This document shows, piece after piece, positions 1 to 9,764 of a stretch of DNA of 64,000 nucleotides. The DNA lies in contig OY762926.1 of NCBI GenBank assembly GCA_963666735.1, forward strand, positions 192,001 to 256,000. Direction: 5' to 3'. The notes beneath the pieces are model-generated. The model saw only the letters and a program-made list of their open reading frames with translations. It searched no databases and was not told the origin of the DNA. This DNA comes from Gemmatimonadota bacterium. GTDB lineage: Bacteria > Gemmatimonadota > Gemmatimonadetes > Palauibacterales > Palauibacteraceae. The first letter of the stretch is position 1, and each line of letters opens with the position of its first letter. A program made the position numbers and the translations under genes.

Positions 1-1494
1 ACCCGGCTCGGCAGCCGGATCGCCGAGGTCCACAACGGAAGCTCGCTGTTCACCGGATCGGCGGGTCAGGGCGAGAGCAACATCCGGCGGTGGATCATCG
101 AGAACGACTGGCTGGAGGCCATCGTTGCCCTGCCGCTCAACATGTTCTACAACACCGGCATCGCCACCTACGTCTGGGTGCTCACGAACCGCAAGCCCGA
201 GCACCGGCGGGGCAAGGTGCAGCTGATTGACGCGACCCGGTGGTTTCGACCGCTCAGGAAGAACCTGGGGAAGAAGAACTGCGAACTCGGGCCGGAGGAC
301 ATCGAGCGGATCTGCCGGACGTTCCTCAACTTCGAGGAGACGGAGGAGAGCCGGGTCTTCGACAACGAGGCGTTCGGATACTGGAGGGTGACGGTCGAGC
401 GGCCGCTACGGCTCAGGGTGGACCTGTCGACCGAGCGCCGCGCCGGGTTCTCCGTGGCGTGTCGTGATGCCGGGGAGGAGCCGCTCGCGAACGCCGTCGC
501 GCGGGCGGCCAAGACACTCGGCTCAGGGCCTCACTTCAACTCCAACATTTTTCTTGAGGCACTCAAGGCCGATATGTCCGGTCGTCGCGCGAAGCTCACG
601 GCCAAGCGCAAGAAGCTGTTGCAGACCGTGCTGGCCGAGCGGGACGAGGCGGCGGAGCCGGTGGTCAAGAGGGTCCACCGGCGAGGCACCGCGCCTGACC
701 CGATCCGGGGACTGTTCGAGTCTCGCGACGGCTCGAAGACTCGCGTCGTCGAGTACGAACCTGACACGGCGCTGAGGGACACCGAGCAGATCCCGCTCAC
801 GGAAGAGGGCGGAATTGAAGGGTTCCTGCGGCGCGAAGTGCTTCCCTACGCCGGGGATGCGTGGTACGTCGCGACGAGCGTGAAGATCGGCTACGAGATC
901 AGCTTCAACCGGTACTTCCACAAGCCCGAGCCGATGCGGACACTCGCTGAGATCGGGGACGAGATTCTGGCGGTCGAGCGAGAGACGGAGGGGCTGCTGG
1001 GGGAATTGCTGGGACGCGCGAGGAGTCTCGTTCCCACCAAGCCCCGCGTCTACGTCGACACATCAGTAATCGGAGGCTGCGAGGATGCGGAGTTCCGTGA
1101 ACCCTCTCGTCGGCTGATCGAGCGATGTCAAGACGGGGAAGTGACGCTCGTGGTTTCGGCTGTCACGGCGGGCGAGCTGCGGCAGGCTCCTTCCCCCGTG
1201 CGTCGGGTGCTGCCGTCCATCGGCCCGGAACACTTGGAGAGGGTGGAGGTCACGCGCGAAGTCGAGACTCTGGCGAACGGGTATATTGAGAGCGGAGCGC
1301 TTGGCGAGGGGATGCGCGCCGACGCCCTGCACATTGCTGCCGCGACTGTGGCCGAGGTGGACGTGCTGGCAAGCTGGAACTTCCGGCACATGGTGAACCT
1401 GCGCCGGATCCGTCAATACAACGAGGTGAACCGGATGTTGGGCTACCCTCCGGTGGACATTCGCACCCCCAGGGAGCTTGAAGATGACGAGTGA
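1..1494 (+). CDS. hsdM: Type I R-M methyltransferase HsdM (5' end outside window) with in-frame C-terminal PIN domain
   Basis: Frame 1 is open from base 1: HNGSSLFTG..GESNIRRWIIENDWLEAIVALPLNMFYNTGIATY, later LRDTEQIPL..KIGYEISFNRYF, typical of the HsdM C-half. After ..ETEGLLGELLG it reads on without a stop into RVYVDTSVIGG..E..DALHIAAA..SWNFRH (PIN fold). Confidence 0.92.
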   Translation, partial: TRLGSRIAEVHNGSSLFTGSAGQGESNIRRWIIENDWLEAIVALPLNMFYNTGIATYVWVLTNRKPEHRRGKVQLIDATRWFRPLRKNLGKKNCELGPEDIERICRTFLNFEETEESRVFDNEAFGYWRVTVERPLRLRVDLSTERRAGFSVACRDAGEEPLANAVARAAKTLGSGPHFNSNIFLEALKADMSGRRAKLTAKRKKLLQTVLAERDEAAEPVVKRVHRRGTAPDPIRGLFESRDGSKTRVVEYEPDTALRDTEQIPLTEEGGIEGFLRREVLPYAGDAWYVATSVKIGYEISFNRYFHKPEPMRTLAEIGDEILAVERETEGLLGELLGRARSLVPTKPRVYVDTSVIGGCEDAEFREPSRRLIERCQDGEVTLVVSAVTAGELRQAPSPVRRVLPSIGPEHLERVEVTREVETLANGYIESGALGEGMRADALHIAAATVAEVDVLASWNFRHMVNLRRIRQYNEVNRMLGYPPVDIRTPRELEDDE

Positions 1495-1738
1495 GACCGA
1501 ACGGAAGCCGTTCGACTGCGTGAAGTCGATGCGCGAGATCAGGAATCGAATCAGCGGCGAGATCGCCGACATGTCGTATGCCGAGCTTTCGCGATGGCTC
1601 GAAAGGCGGGTGCGCGAGGACTCCTTCTTCGCACGCATCCCGAAAGCCCGGAACCCATCACGACCGGCTGGGGGGCGAGGTGGGATGCGTGAGCCCGGTT
1701 CTTCGAGCGCAGCAATTGGAGACGGACCCCAAGGCTGA
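1484..1738 (+). CDS. Small hypothetical protein, putative antitoxin for the PIN domain
   Basis: ATG at 1484 with GGAG at 1473-1476; overlaps the hsdM-PIN 3' end; [15 protein letters not shown] resembles small ORFs that follow PIN toxins; TGATG overlap with the next gene. Confidence 0.6.
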   Translation: MTSETERKPFDCVKSMREIRNRISGEIADMSYAELSRWLERRVREDSFFARIPKARNPSRPAGGRGGMREPGSSSAAIGDGPQG

Positions 1739-3537
1739 TGGCAACCCAGCGCTATTCGGTAACTCCACACCCGATCGAATCCCTGCTGACCTGGGTGAAG
1801 TCGGGCGCAATCGCGATCCCTGAAATACAGCGCCCCTTCGTCTGGCCCGCGGTCAAGGTGCGCAATCTGCTTGACTCCCTCTACAACGGCTACCCGGTTG
1901 GCTATCTGATCTCCTGGCGCAACCCGACGATCAAGCTGAAGGACGGAAGCTTGTCCTCCGGGAAGCGTATCCTGATCGACGGGCAGCAACGCGTCACGGC
2001 GCTGATGGCAGCGCTGCTGGGGCACGAGGTGCTGACCAAGGACTACCGCACGGTTCGGATCCGAATCGCCTTTCATCCGCAGCATGAGCGCTTCGAGGTC
2101 CGCAACCCGGCCATCGCCAAGGACGGAGCCTGGATCGACGACATCGCCAAGATTTTCCACCCGGACGCCGACCTCTTCGAGTTCATGGACGACTACGCGT
2201 CGCGCAATCCGGGTGTTGATCGCAGGGTCGTCGGCAAGACGCTCCAGAGAGTCGGTAAGATCGTCAACAACCATGTCGGGGTCATCGAGTTGGCCGAGGA
2301 TCTCGACATCGAGACCGTCACCGAAATCTTCATCCGCGTCAACTCCGAGGGCACGCCGCTTTCCCAAGCCGATTTTGCCATGTCGAAGATCGCCGTCAAC
2401 GAGTCCTACGGCGGCAACCTACTGCGCAAGGCCATCGATTACTTCTGTCACCTCGCGGTGGCGCCGGAGTTCTTCTCGAAGATCGAGAAGGGAGACCCGG
2501 ATTTCACGGCTTCGCCGTTCTGGCCGAGAATGACGTGGCTCAAGGGTGTGAACGACGACCTCTACGATCCCACCTACACGGACATGCTGCGAGTGGCGTT
2601 CACCTCGAAGTTCGAGCGCGGCAGGTTGCAGGATCTGGTCGCGCTTCTCTCCGGGCGGAACTTCGAGACGCGCGAATACGAGGAGGTCATCGCCGAGGAC
2701 GCCTTCGCCCGTTTGCAGGAGGGCGTTCACGCCTTCATGAAGAAGACCCACTTCGACCGGCTGACCATGATCCTGCGCTCCTCGGGGTTCCTTACGTCGC
2801 GCATGATCCGCAGCCAGAACGCGGTCAACTTCGCGTTCATCCTGTACCTGCGGGGCCGCGACGAGCGGCTCGACGCCCATGAGCTCGAACGCCTCGTGCG
2901 GCGCTGGTACGTCATGTCGATCCTGACACGGCGTTACTCGGGAAGTCCCGAAACCGCGTTCGACCGTGACATCCGCCAGATCGCTGCGCAAGGACTGCGG
3001 CCATACGCCGAATCCGTCATTGAGAACGAACTGCCCGGCAGCTATTGGACGGGCATGTTGCCCCAACTCATGGACACATCGTTCTCGACGAGCCCCTACT
3101 TCATCGCATACCAAGCGGCCCAGGCCTACTTGGGCGACAAGGGATTCCTCTCCACCACAATCCGCGTGAGCGATCTTCTGCTCAATCGGGGTGATCGCCA
3201 TCACGTGTTCCCGCGCAAGAATCTGAAGGACAAGGGGCTCACGCGCGGGCGCTACAACCAAATCGCGAACTACGTGATCGCCCAGAGCGAGATCAACATC
3301 GCCATTGGCGACACTCCACCGGAGACCTACTTCGCAAGACTCGCCGAGCAGGTGAGCGGTGGGAAGAGGCGATATGGCGGAATCGTTGATCGCGCCGAGT
3401 TGGAGGAGAACCTCGCCAAGAATTGCGTCCCGCTGAGCCTGCTCGACGGGGAGATTCCCGACTACGACGACTTTCTGGCCGCCCGCCGTAAGCTGATGGC
3501 ACTGAGGATCAGGGCTTGGTTCGAGGCGCTGTCGTGA
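1738..3537 (+). CDS. GmrSD-like DUF262 protein (putative Type IV restriction endonuclease)
   Basis: DUF262 motifs [17 protein letters not shown] and IFIRVNS; C-terminal DRHHVFPR...QIANY..N HNH-like segment. Confidence 0.85.
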   Translation: MATQRYSVTPHPIESLLTWVKSGAIAIPEIQRPFVWPAVKVRNLLDSLYNGYPVGYLISWRNPTIKLKDGSLSSGKRILIDGQQRVTALMAALLGHEVLTKDYRTVRIRIAFHPQHERFEVRNPAIAKDGAWIDDIAKIFHPDADLFEFMDDYASRNPGVDRRVVGKTLQRVGKIVNNHVGVIELAEDLDIETVTEIFIRVNSEGTPLSQADFAMSKIAVNESYGGNLLRKAIDYFCHLAVAPEFFSKIEKGDPDFTASPFWPRMTWLKGVNDDLYDPTYTDMLRVAFTSKFERGRLQDLVALLSGRNFETREYEEVIAEDAFARLQEGVHAFMKKTHFDRLTMILRSSGFLTSRMIRSQNAVNFAFILYLRGRDERLDAHELERLVRRWYVMSILTRRYSGSPETAFDRDIRQIAAQGLRPYAESVIENELPGSYWTGMLPQLMDTSFSTSPYFIAYQAAQAYLGDKGFLSTTIRVSDLLLNRGDRHHVFPRKNLKDKGLTRGRYNQIANYVIAQSEINIAIGDTPPETYFARLAEQVSGGKRRYGGIVDRAELEENLAKNCVPLSLLDGEIPDYDDFLAARRKLMALRIRAWFEALS

Positions 3538-5003
3538 GAGGTCATCTTCGGCCATACCCCGAGATGCGAGACTCGGGGATGGAGTTGCTGGGGAAGGTGC
3601 CCGAGCACTGGGAGGTGCGGCGGCTGAAGTACGCGGTGTCCTTCACGGGAGGCGGTACTCCTTCGAAGACCAATGCTTCGTTCTGGAGGGGTCGGATACC
3701 TTGGGTATCGCCTAAGGATATGACCCGCAACCGACTCAGCGATACCGCCGACCACATTACCGAAGCTGCTGTGGCAGCGAGTGCGGCAAGCATCGTTGCG
3801 GCTGGTGCCGTGCTTGTAGTCGTCAGGTCTGGGATCCTGCGCAGGAAGATTCCAGTGGCGATCAACACGGTGCCGATGGCCGTCAACCAAGACATGAAGG
3901 CCATGCGTCCTCGGAAGGGGATCATGAGTGAGTATCTTCGCGGGTTGATCCAAGGCAACCAGTCGTTCTGGCTGAGCGAGTGGACGAAGCAAGGCGCTAC
4001 GGTGGAGAGCATTGAGCATCGCCTGCTGGCCAACTCGCGAATACCGATCCCTCCACCCTCCGAGCAGACCGCTATCGCCCGTTTCCTGGACGCCGCCGAC
4101 CGGCGCATCCGGCGCTACATCCGTGCGAAGGAGCGGCTGGTCGAGCTATTGGAGGAGCGGAAGCGGGCGCTGATCCACGAGGCCGTTACGGGCCGGATCG
4201 ATGTCCGAACCAGCCAGCCCTATCCGGCCCACAAGGACTCCGGCGTCGAGTGGCTGGGGAAGGTGCCGGAGCATTGGGTGCGATGTCGATTGAGGAACGT
4301 CGTGTCCGAGGTGACGACGGGTTCTCGGGGCTGGTCATCATATGCTGCGGACGACGGACCTCTGTTCGTGCGCGTCGCCAACCTGAGTCGTGGCTCACTT
4401 GAGTTGCGGTTGGAAGATGCTGTGCGACTCGATCTGCCAGCAACCTCTGAAGCAGCCCGAACGCGGATCGCCGAAGGTGATCTACTGCTTTCGGTAACAG
4501 CCTATATCGGATCGGTGGGAGTCGCCCCGGAAGGATTGGGAGAAGCTTATGTGAGCCAACATGTGGCGCGCTGTAGACCGTCCCCTGCGGTCGCCTCCAA
4601 GTGGCTCGGGTACGTGCTTCTCTCGTCGCTGGGGCAGACCTATGGTCAAACGCGGCTGTACGGCGGCACGAAGGACGGGTTATCACTTGACGATGTGCGG
4701 AACTATCCGATTCTGTTACCGTCCCGGGGCGAGCAGCGCGGGTTGGTGCGATGGATTGAGCGACGACTATCCCTGCTCGGAGAGCTGCGGGACGCAACCG
4801 AAAGCCAGATCGAACTCCTCCGCGAGTACCGTACCCGCTTGATCGCCGATGTCGTGACGGGCAAGCTCGATGTGCGCGAGGCGTCGGCGAGGCTACCGGG
4901 GGCGGACCCGCTCGCTGGCGACCGCGACCGAACCGACACCATCCCCACCGAATCGAACCTACATTCAACCGCACACGACACGTTGAAGGAGGCCGTACCA
5001 TGA
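3534..5003 (+). CDS. hsdS: Type I R-M specificity subunit HsdS
   Basis: Two [12 protein letters not shown] repeats flank two TRDs; [14 protein letters not shown] and [16 protein letters not shown] at 3534 overlaps the previous stop (GTGA). Confidence 0.93.
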   Translation: MRGHLRPYPEMRDSGMELLGKVPEHWEVRRLKYAVSFTGGGTPSKTNASFWRGRIPWVSPKDMTRNRLSDTADHITEAAVAASAASIVAAGAVLVVVRSGILRRKIPVAINTVPMAVNQDMKAMRPRKGIMSEYLRGLIQGNQSFWLSEWTKQGATVESIEHRLLANSRIPIPPPSEQTAIARFLDAADRRIRRYIRAKERLVELLEERKRALIHEAVTGRIDVRTSQPYPAHKDSGVEWLGKVPEHWVRCRLRNVVSEVTTGSRGWSSYAADDGPLFVRVANLSRGSLELRLEDAVRLDLPATSEAARTRIAEGDLLLSVTAYIGSVGVAPEGLGEAYVSQHVARCRPSPAVASKWLGYVLLSSLGQTYGQTRLYGGTKDGLSLDDVRNYPILLPSRGEQRGLVRWIERRLSLLGELRDATESQIELLREYRTRLIADVVTGKLDVREASARLPGADPLAGDRDRTDTIPTESNLHSTAHDTLKEAVP

Positions 5004-5227
5004 CGAACTGGAACGAGTGCCCAGCCGTCGAGCGGACACCGGGCAGGGTGAGCGGAGCCTGGGTCTTTTCGGGCACACGGATTCCGCTCTTCGCGCTCTA
5101 CGAGAACCTGGCCAGCGGGGCCACCGTCGAAGAGTTCGTCGAGTGGTTTCCGGGGGTCGAGGAACGGCAGGTGAGAGCGGTACTCGAACACGAGGCGAAG
5201 ACGCTGAGAACGGCGTTGGCCTTTTGA
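5000..5227 (+). CDS. DUF433 protein (VapB45-like antitoxin)
   Basis: PGRVSGAWVFSGTRIP..LFALYENLASGATVEEFVEWFP; ATGA overlap with hsdS. Confidence 0.85.
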   Translation: MTNWNECPAVERTPGRVSGAWVFSGTRIPLFALYENLASGATVEEFVEWFPGVEERQVRAVLEHEAKTLRTALAF

Positions 5228-5553
5228 AGCTGCTGTTCGACCAGGGCACGCCCGCGCCGTTGCGGAGACGCCTGCCCGGACACTCCGTGGACACGTTGGC
5301 CGAGAAGGGCTGGTCCGAGAAGAGCAACGGCGAGTTGCTCGATCTGGCGGAGCGAGAGGGATACACGGTTCTGGTGACGACCGACCAGAGCTTGGCCCAC
5401 CAACAGAACCTGCCTCGGTGGCGAGTCGGGCTCGTCGTTTTGCTGTCCACGGACTGGTCTCAGGTTCGCCTGCGCACCGAAGAGATCGCCGAGGCCATCG
5501 AGGCGGTGCGTCCGGGCCAAGCCGTCGAAGTGCCGATCCCACATCGCGGCTGA
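5224..5553 (+). CDS. DUF5615 PIN-like protein (VapC45-like toxin)
   Basis: TTG start overlaps the DUF433 stop; MKLLFDQGTP..GW..KSNGELL..VLVTTDQSLAHQQNL. Confidence 0.82.
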   Translation: MKLLFDQGTPAPLRRRLPGHSVDTLAEKGWSEKSNGELLDLAEREGYTVLVTTDQSLAHQQNLPRWRVGLVVLLSTDWSQVRLRTEEIAEAIEAVRPGQAVEVPIPHRG

Positions 5554-5554
5554 C

Positions 5555-8554
5555 ATGACCACGGACACTTCCGAACGGGGCCTTGAACGCCTGATCTGCG
5601 AGGCGCTGACGGGCGACCCCTGCGATCCGCCGCCGCGCGGCACGGTTAGCGAACCCGCCCCCGGATACGGCGGCGTCGGCTGGTCTCCCGGCAACGGTCG
5701 CGACTACGACCGGGAGTACTGCGTCGATCTCGTCCAACTCCGGGCGTTCCTAGAGGGCACGCAACCCGAGTCCGCCGCCGCGCTCCGGCTCGCCGAGGAC
5801 CGCCCGACGCGCCGCAAGTTCCTGGCGCGGTTGCAGGGCGAGATCAACAAGCGCGGCACCATCGACGTGCTGTGCCACGGCGTCAGGCACGGTCCCCACC
5901 ACTTGGAGCTCTTCCACGGCACGCCATCGGCGGGCAACGAGACGGCCCGGAGGCTATTCGAGTTGAACCGCTTCACCGTCACCCGCCAGCTTCGCTACAG
6001 CCGGGACGAGACTCAGCGCGCGCTCGACATCGGACTGTTCATCAACGGCCTTCCCGTCTTCACTTTCGAACTCAAGAACAACCTCACGAAGCAGACGGTC
6101 CACGATGCCGTCGGGCAGTACAAAAAAGACCGCAACCCGCGGGAGCCGCTCTTTCGGCTCGGGCGCTGCGTGGCGCACTTCGCGGTGGATGAGAGCGAGG
6201 TCCGATTCTGCACCCACCTTGAGGGCAAGTCCTCGTGGTTCCTTCCCTTCAACCGTGGCTGGAACCAGGGCGCGGGCAACCCGCCCAACCCGGACGGCCT
6301 CAAGACCGAGTATCTGTGGCGCGAGGTGCTGCCCCGCGAGAGCCTGACCGACATCCTCGAGAACTACGCCCAGTTGCTGGCAGAGAAGGACACGAAGACC
6401 GGCAGGAAGAAGAGGAAGCAGGTTTGGCCCCGGTACCAGCAACTCGACGTGGTGCGCCGCCTTCTGGAGGACGCGGCGACGCACGGTGCCGGGAAGCGAT
6501 ACCTGATCCAGCACTCGGCGGGCAGCGGCAAGAGTTTCTCGATCGCGTGGCTCGCGCACCGGATGATCCCGCTCAAGAAGGACGGCAAGACCGTCTTCGA
6601 CTCGATCATTGTGGTCACAGACCGCCGGATCCTGGACAAACAAATCAAGGACACGATCCGGCAGTACCAGCAGGTGAAGGCCACCGTGGGGCACGCCGAG
6701 CGGTCGGGCGACCTGAGGAGGTTCATCGAGCAGGGGAAGCAGATCATCATCACGACGATCCAGAAGTTCCCCTTCATCCGCGACGAGATCGGGAGCGGGC
6801 ACCGCGACCGCGCCTTCGCGATCATTATCGACGAGGCGCATTCGAGCCAGGGCGGGAAGACCAGTTCGGCAGTGTCGGCTGTTCTGGGCGAGTCGGACGA
6901 CGTGGGCGAAGACGAACCGTACGACGAGAGGCTCCGGCGCCTGATGGCATCGCGCAAGCTGCTCCCCAACGCCAGCTACTTCGCCTTCACCGCGACGCCG
7001 AAGAACAAGACGCTGGAGCTCTTCGGCGAGCCGGACCCGCAGAGCGACGGCACGGTCCGGCACCTTCCGTTCCACACCTACAGCATGAAGCAGGCGATCC
7101 AGGAGGGGTTCATTCTGGACGTGCTCGAACACTACACGCCGGTCGAGAGCTACTACAGGCTCGCCAAGACGGTCGAGGAGGACCCGGAGTACGATGTCCG
7201 GAAGGCCGGGAAGAAGCTCCGGCGCTACGTTGAGAGCCACGAACACGCGATCCGGCTCAAGGCCGAGATCATGGTGGACCACTTCCACGAACAGGTGCTG
7301 GCGCAGCACAGGATCGGCGGCAAGGCGCGTGCGATGGTCGTCACGAATGGAATCGAGCGCGCGATCCAGTACTTCCACGCCATCCGCGACTACCTGAAGG
7401 AGCGCAAGAGTCCCCACGAGGCGCTCGTCGCGTTCTCGGGCAAGCACGAATACAAGGGAAGCCGGGTGAGCGAGGCCAGCCTGAATGGCCTGCCCTCGAA
7501 GAAGATCGCCGAGAGGTTCCGGGAGGACCCGCACCGGTTCCTCGTATGCGCGGACAAGTTCCAGACTGGCTACGACGAGCCTCTGCTGCACACGATGTAC
7601 GTGGACAAGACGCTTGCGGGGATCCGGGCGGTCCAGACGCTGTCACGGCTCAACCGGTCGCACCCGGAGAAGCGGGACGTGTTCGTGCTCGACTTCCTGA
7701 ACGACACGGAGACCATCACGAAGGCGTTTTCGGACTACTACAGGACCACGGTCCTGTCCGACGAGACCGACCCCAACCGGCTCCATGACTTGCAGGCCGA
7801 CCTCGACGGGGCGCAGGTCTACGCTCCCGATCTGGTCCGGGCGTTCGTGAAGCTGTACTTGGACGGCGCCGAGCGCGGACGGCTCGACCCCATCCTCGAC
7901 CGGTGCGTGGCGGCATACCTCGGGGACCTGGACGAGGACGAGCAGGTCCGGTTCAAGGGCAGCGCCAAGGCGTTCACACGCGCCTACGCGTTCCTGTCCT
8001 CGATCCTTCCCTACAACAACCTGGACTGGGAGGAGCGCTCGATCTTCCTGAACTTCCTGATCCCGAAGCTGCCCGCGCCGGAGGAGCCCGATCTGTCGAA
8101 GGGCATCCTCGAAAGGATCGACATGGACAGCTACCGCGTCGAGAAGCACAAGGTCCGGGAGATCATCCTTCAGGATGAGGACGCGGAGATCGACTCGATC
8201 AGGACGGGCGAGGGCGGAGGCAAGGGCGAGATCGAGACCGACCGGCTGTCGGCGATCATCGACGAGTTCAACGACCTGTTCGGCGGAATCGAGTGGGGGG
8301 ACCCCGACCGGGTCATCAGGACGGCCACGGAGGACATCCCCGCTGCGGTGGCGAAGGACGCTAGGTTCAAGAACGCGCGGCAGAACTCCGACAGGGAGAA
8401 CGCCCGCGTCGAATCCGACCAGGCGACGAAGCGGGCAGTAATCGGGATGGTGCGGGACAACACGCAACTCTACAAACTTTTCGCCGACAACCCGGACTTC
8501 AAGCGGTGGATGTCGGACATCGTGTTCCGGCTGGCCTACAAAGCGGCTGGCTGA
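5555..8554 (+). CDS. hsdR: Type I R-M restriction subunit HsdR
   Basis: Nuclease motif D.GLFINGLPVFTFELK; helicase motifs QHSAGSGKS, DEAH, FTATPK, FQTGYDEP and QTLSRLNR. Confidence 0.95.
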   Translation: MTTDTSERGLERLICEALTGDPCDPPPRGTVSEPAPGYGGVGWSPGNGRDYDREYCVDLVQLRAFLEGTQPESAAALRLAEDRPTRRKFLARLQGEINKRGTIDVLCHGVRHGPHHLELFHGTPSAGNETARRLFELNRFTVTRQLRYSRDETQRALDIGLFINGLPVFTFELKNNLTKQTVHDAVGQYKKDRNPREPLFRLGRCVAHFAVDESEVRFCTHLEGKSSWFLPFNRGWNQGAGNPPNPDGLKTEYLWREVLPRESLTDILENYAQLLAEKDTKTGRKKRKQVWPRYQQLDVVRRLLEDAATHGAGKRYLIQHSAGSGKSFSIAWLAHRMIPLKKDGKTVFDSIIVVTDRRILDKQIKDTIRQYQQVKATVGHAERSGDLRRFIEQGKQIIITTIQKFPFIRDEIGSGHRDRAFAIIIDEAHSSQGGKTSSAVSAVLGESDDVGEDEPYDERLRRLMASRKLLPNASYFAFTATPKNKTLELFGEPDPQSDGTVRHLPFHTYSMKQAIQEGFILDVLEHYTPVESYYRLAKTVEEDPEYDVRKAGKKLRRYVESHEHAIRLKAEIMVDHFHEQVLAQHRIGGKARAMVVTNGIERAIQYFHAIRDYLKERKSPHEALVAFSGKHEYKGSRVSEASLNGLPSKKIAERFREDPHRFLVCADKFQTGYDEPLLHTMYVDKTLAGIRAVQTLSRLNRSHPEKRDVFVLDFLNDTETITKAFSDYYRTTVLSDETDPNRLHDLQADLDGAQVYAPDLVRAFVKLYLDGAERGRLDPILDRCVAAYLGDLDEDEQVRFKGSAKAFTRAYAFLSSILPYNNLDWEERSIFLNFLIPKLPAPEEPDLSKGILERIDMDSYRVEKHKVREIILQDEDAEIDSIRTGEGGGKGEIETDRLSAIIDEFNDLFGGIEWGDPDRVIRTATEDIPAAVAKDARFKNARQNSDRENARVESDQATKRAVIGMVRDNTQLYKLFADNPDFKRWMSDIVFRLAYKAAG

Positions 8555-9319
8555 GGAGCGCGGGCGGCCTGTCGAGACGTTACGGGGGTGTTTTCCCCGC
8601 CCCGTTGGCGACGACCGCCGTCGGCTACTCGACGTTATTGGACCTCCTCATACGTTATCGACCAATAGGAGATTCCGGGCGGGTTGACTTGCTGGCGGGT
8701 GGCTACTCAGCGTTCAAGGCATGGAGACGCGGAAGCACCGGTTCAGCACGCGGGTAGGCACTTCCCTCGGGGACCCCGACGCGCGGTCCCCGACAGCTTT
8801 GGTAATGAAGCCCCAGAACGTCTCGAACCTCTGGATGGACGGTAAGCGGGACGGACATCAAGGCGCGATTGGCGGCGCGTGGCCGGACCCCGATGCTGCA
8901 ACGCGTTGCCTCGGCGCGACGTGGGAAATTGGCCTATTTCCCACCCTCTTGCACGACTTGCCGACTCCATGTTCGCCTTCATGCCATGGAGATTGAGAGG
9001 AGGCGGTTCGCGGCGGTCGAGGGGAGGGTTCGGGCCGGATGCCATCCCCACGACGGACTTTCGCGCCGTCACGGCGCGGACGCCCGAGCCTGGCTGGCGG
9101 TCACTCGCCCGAGGGGACGCGAGAAGGCGCTGAAGCCCTTTGGCTGGCTGCATCGCCGGGACAGCACTGCCCGGCATCCGGGGACCGCCCGAGTCTAGCG
9201 GCATCCATGCCCGAAACCCTTGCCCGGCGCGGGCGCGGTGAGCCCGTGGAGGACGCCGATGCGGCGGGTTGAACCGGACCGTTCACGGGCGCGGCCCACG
9301 GGCTCGTTGGACGCTGCTA

Positions 9320-9412
9320 TTTCAGACAAGCCAGCATACCCCTTGGGGCCACACTCCGTGAGTCCCCTGCGGAGGCTGGCGGGGGGCCTTGCCCCCTGTG
9401 ACCCCCGCAACG
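9320..9412. other. Putative ColE1/pBR322-bom-like oriT
   Basis: AAGCCAGCATAC(N)CACACTCCG at 9328-9358 resembles the bom/nic sequence AAGCCAGTATACACTCCG; a GC-rich GGGGGCCTTGCCCCC hairpin follows, immediately upstream of mobC. Confidence 0.6.
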
Positions 9413-9425
9413 GAAACGGCGCGCC

Positions 9426-9764
9426 ATGAGCGCCGGACGCGCCGTTTGGGTGAAGGTTCGCGCCAGCGAGGCGGAGCGTGCCGAGTGGCACGCCAAGGCG
9501 CGCGCCGCGGGCCTCACGCTGTCGGATCTGGTGCGCCGGTCGGTGGGCCGGACGCGCACATGGACCGTGGCGCACGCCGAGGTCGAGCGCGAGCGCAGCC
9601 GCCAAGTGGCGCGCGTCGGGAACAACCTCAACCAGATCGCTCGGTGGGCAAACACCCACCGGGGGGCCATCGAGGCGGTCGAGGTGATCGGCCACCTCGT
9701 CGCCATCAGGCGGGCGCTCGCGGCACTGTCCCCCGCCGAAGGCCCGGAGTGGGATGCTGATTAA
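9426..9764 (+). CDS. mobC: Relaxosome accessory protein MobC/MbeC (RHH)
   Basis: VKVRASEAE..KARAAGLTLSDLVR and ARVGNNLNQIAR motifs; overlaps the relaxase start. Confidence 0.9.
   Translation: MSAGRAVWVKVRASEAERAEWHAKARAAGLTLSDLVRRSVGRTRTWTVAHAEVERERSRQVARVGNNLNQIARWANTHRGAIEAVEVIGHLVAIRRALAALSPAEGPEWDAD

Noticed and set aside
3545..4280. Direct repeat in hsdS (GACTC.GG...GAGT.GCTGGGGAAGGTGCC.GAGCA.TGG) as a phase-variation site
   Set aside because: Normal conserved HsdS repeats; no inverted copy or second hsdS in the window.
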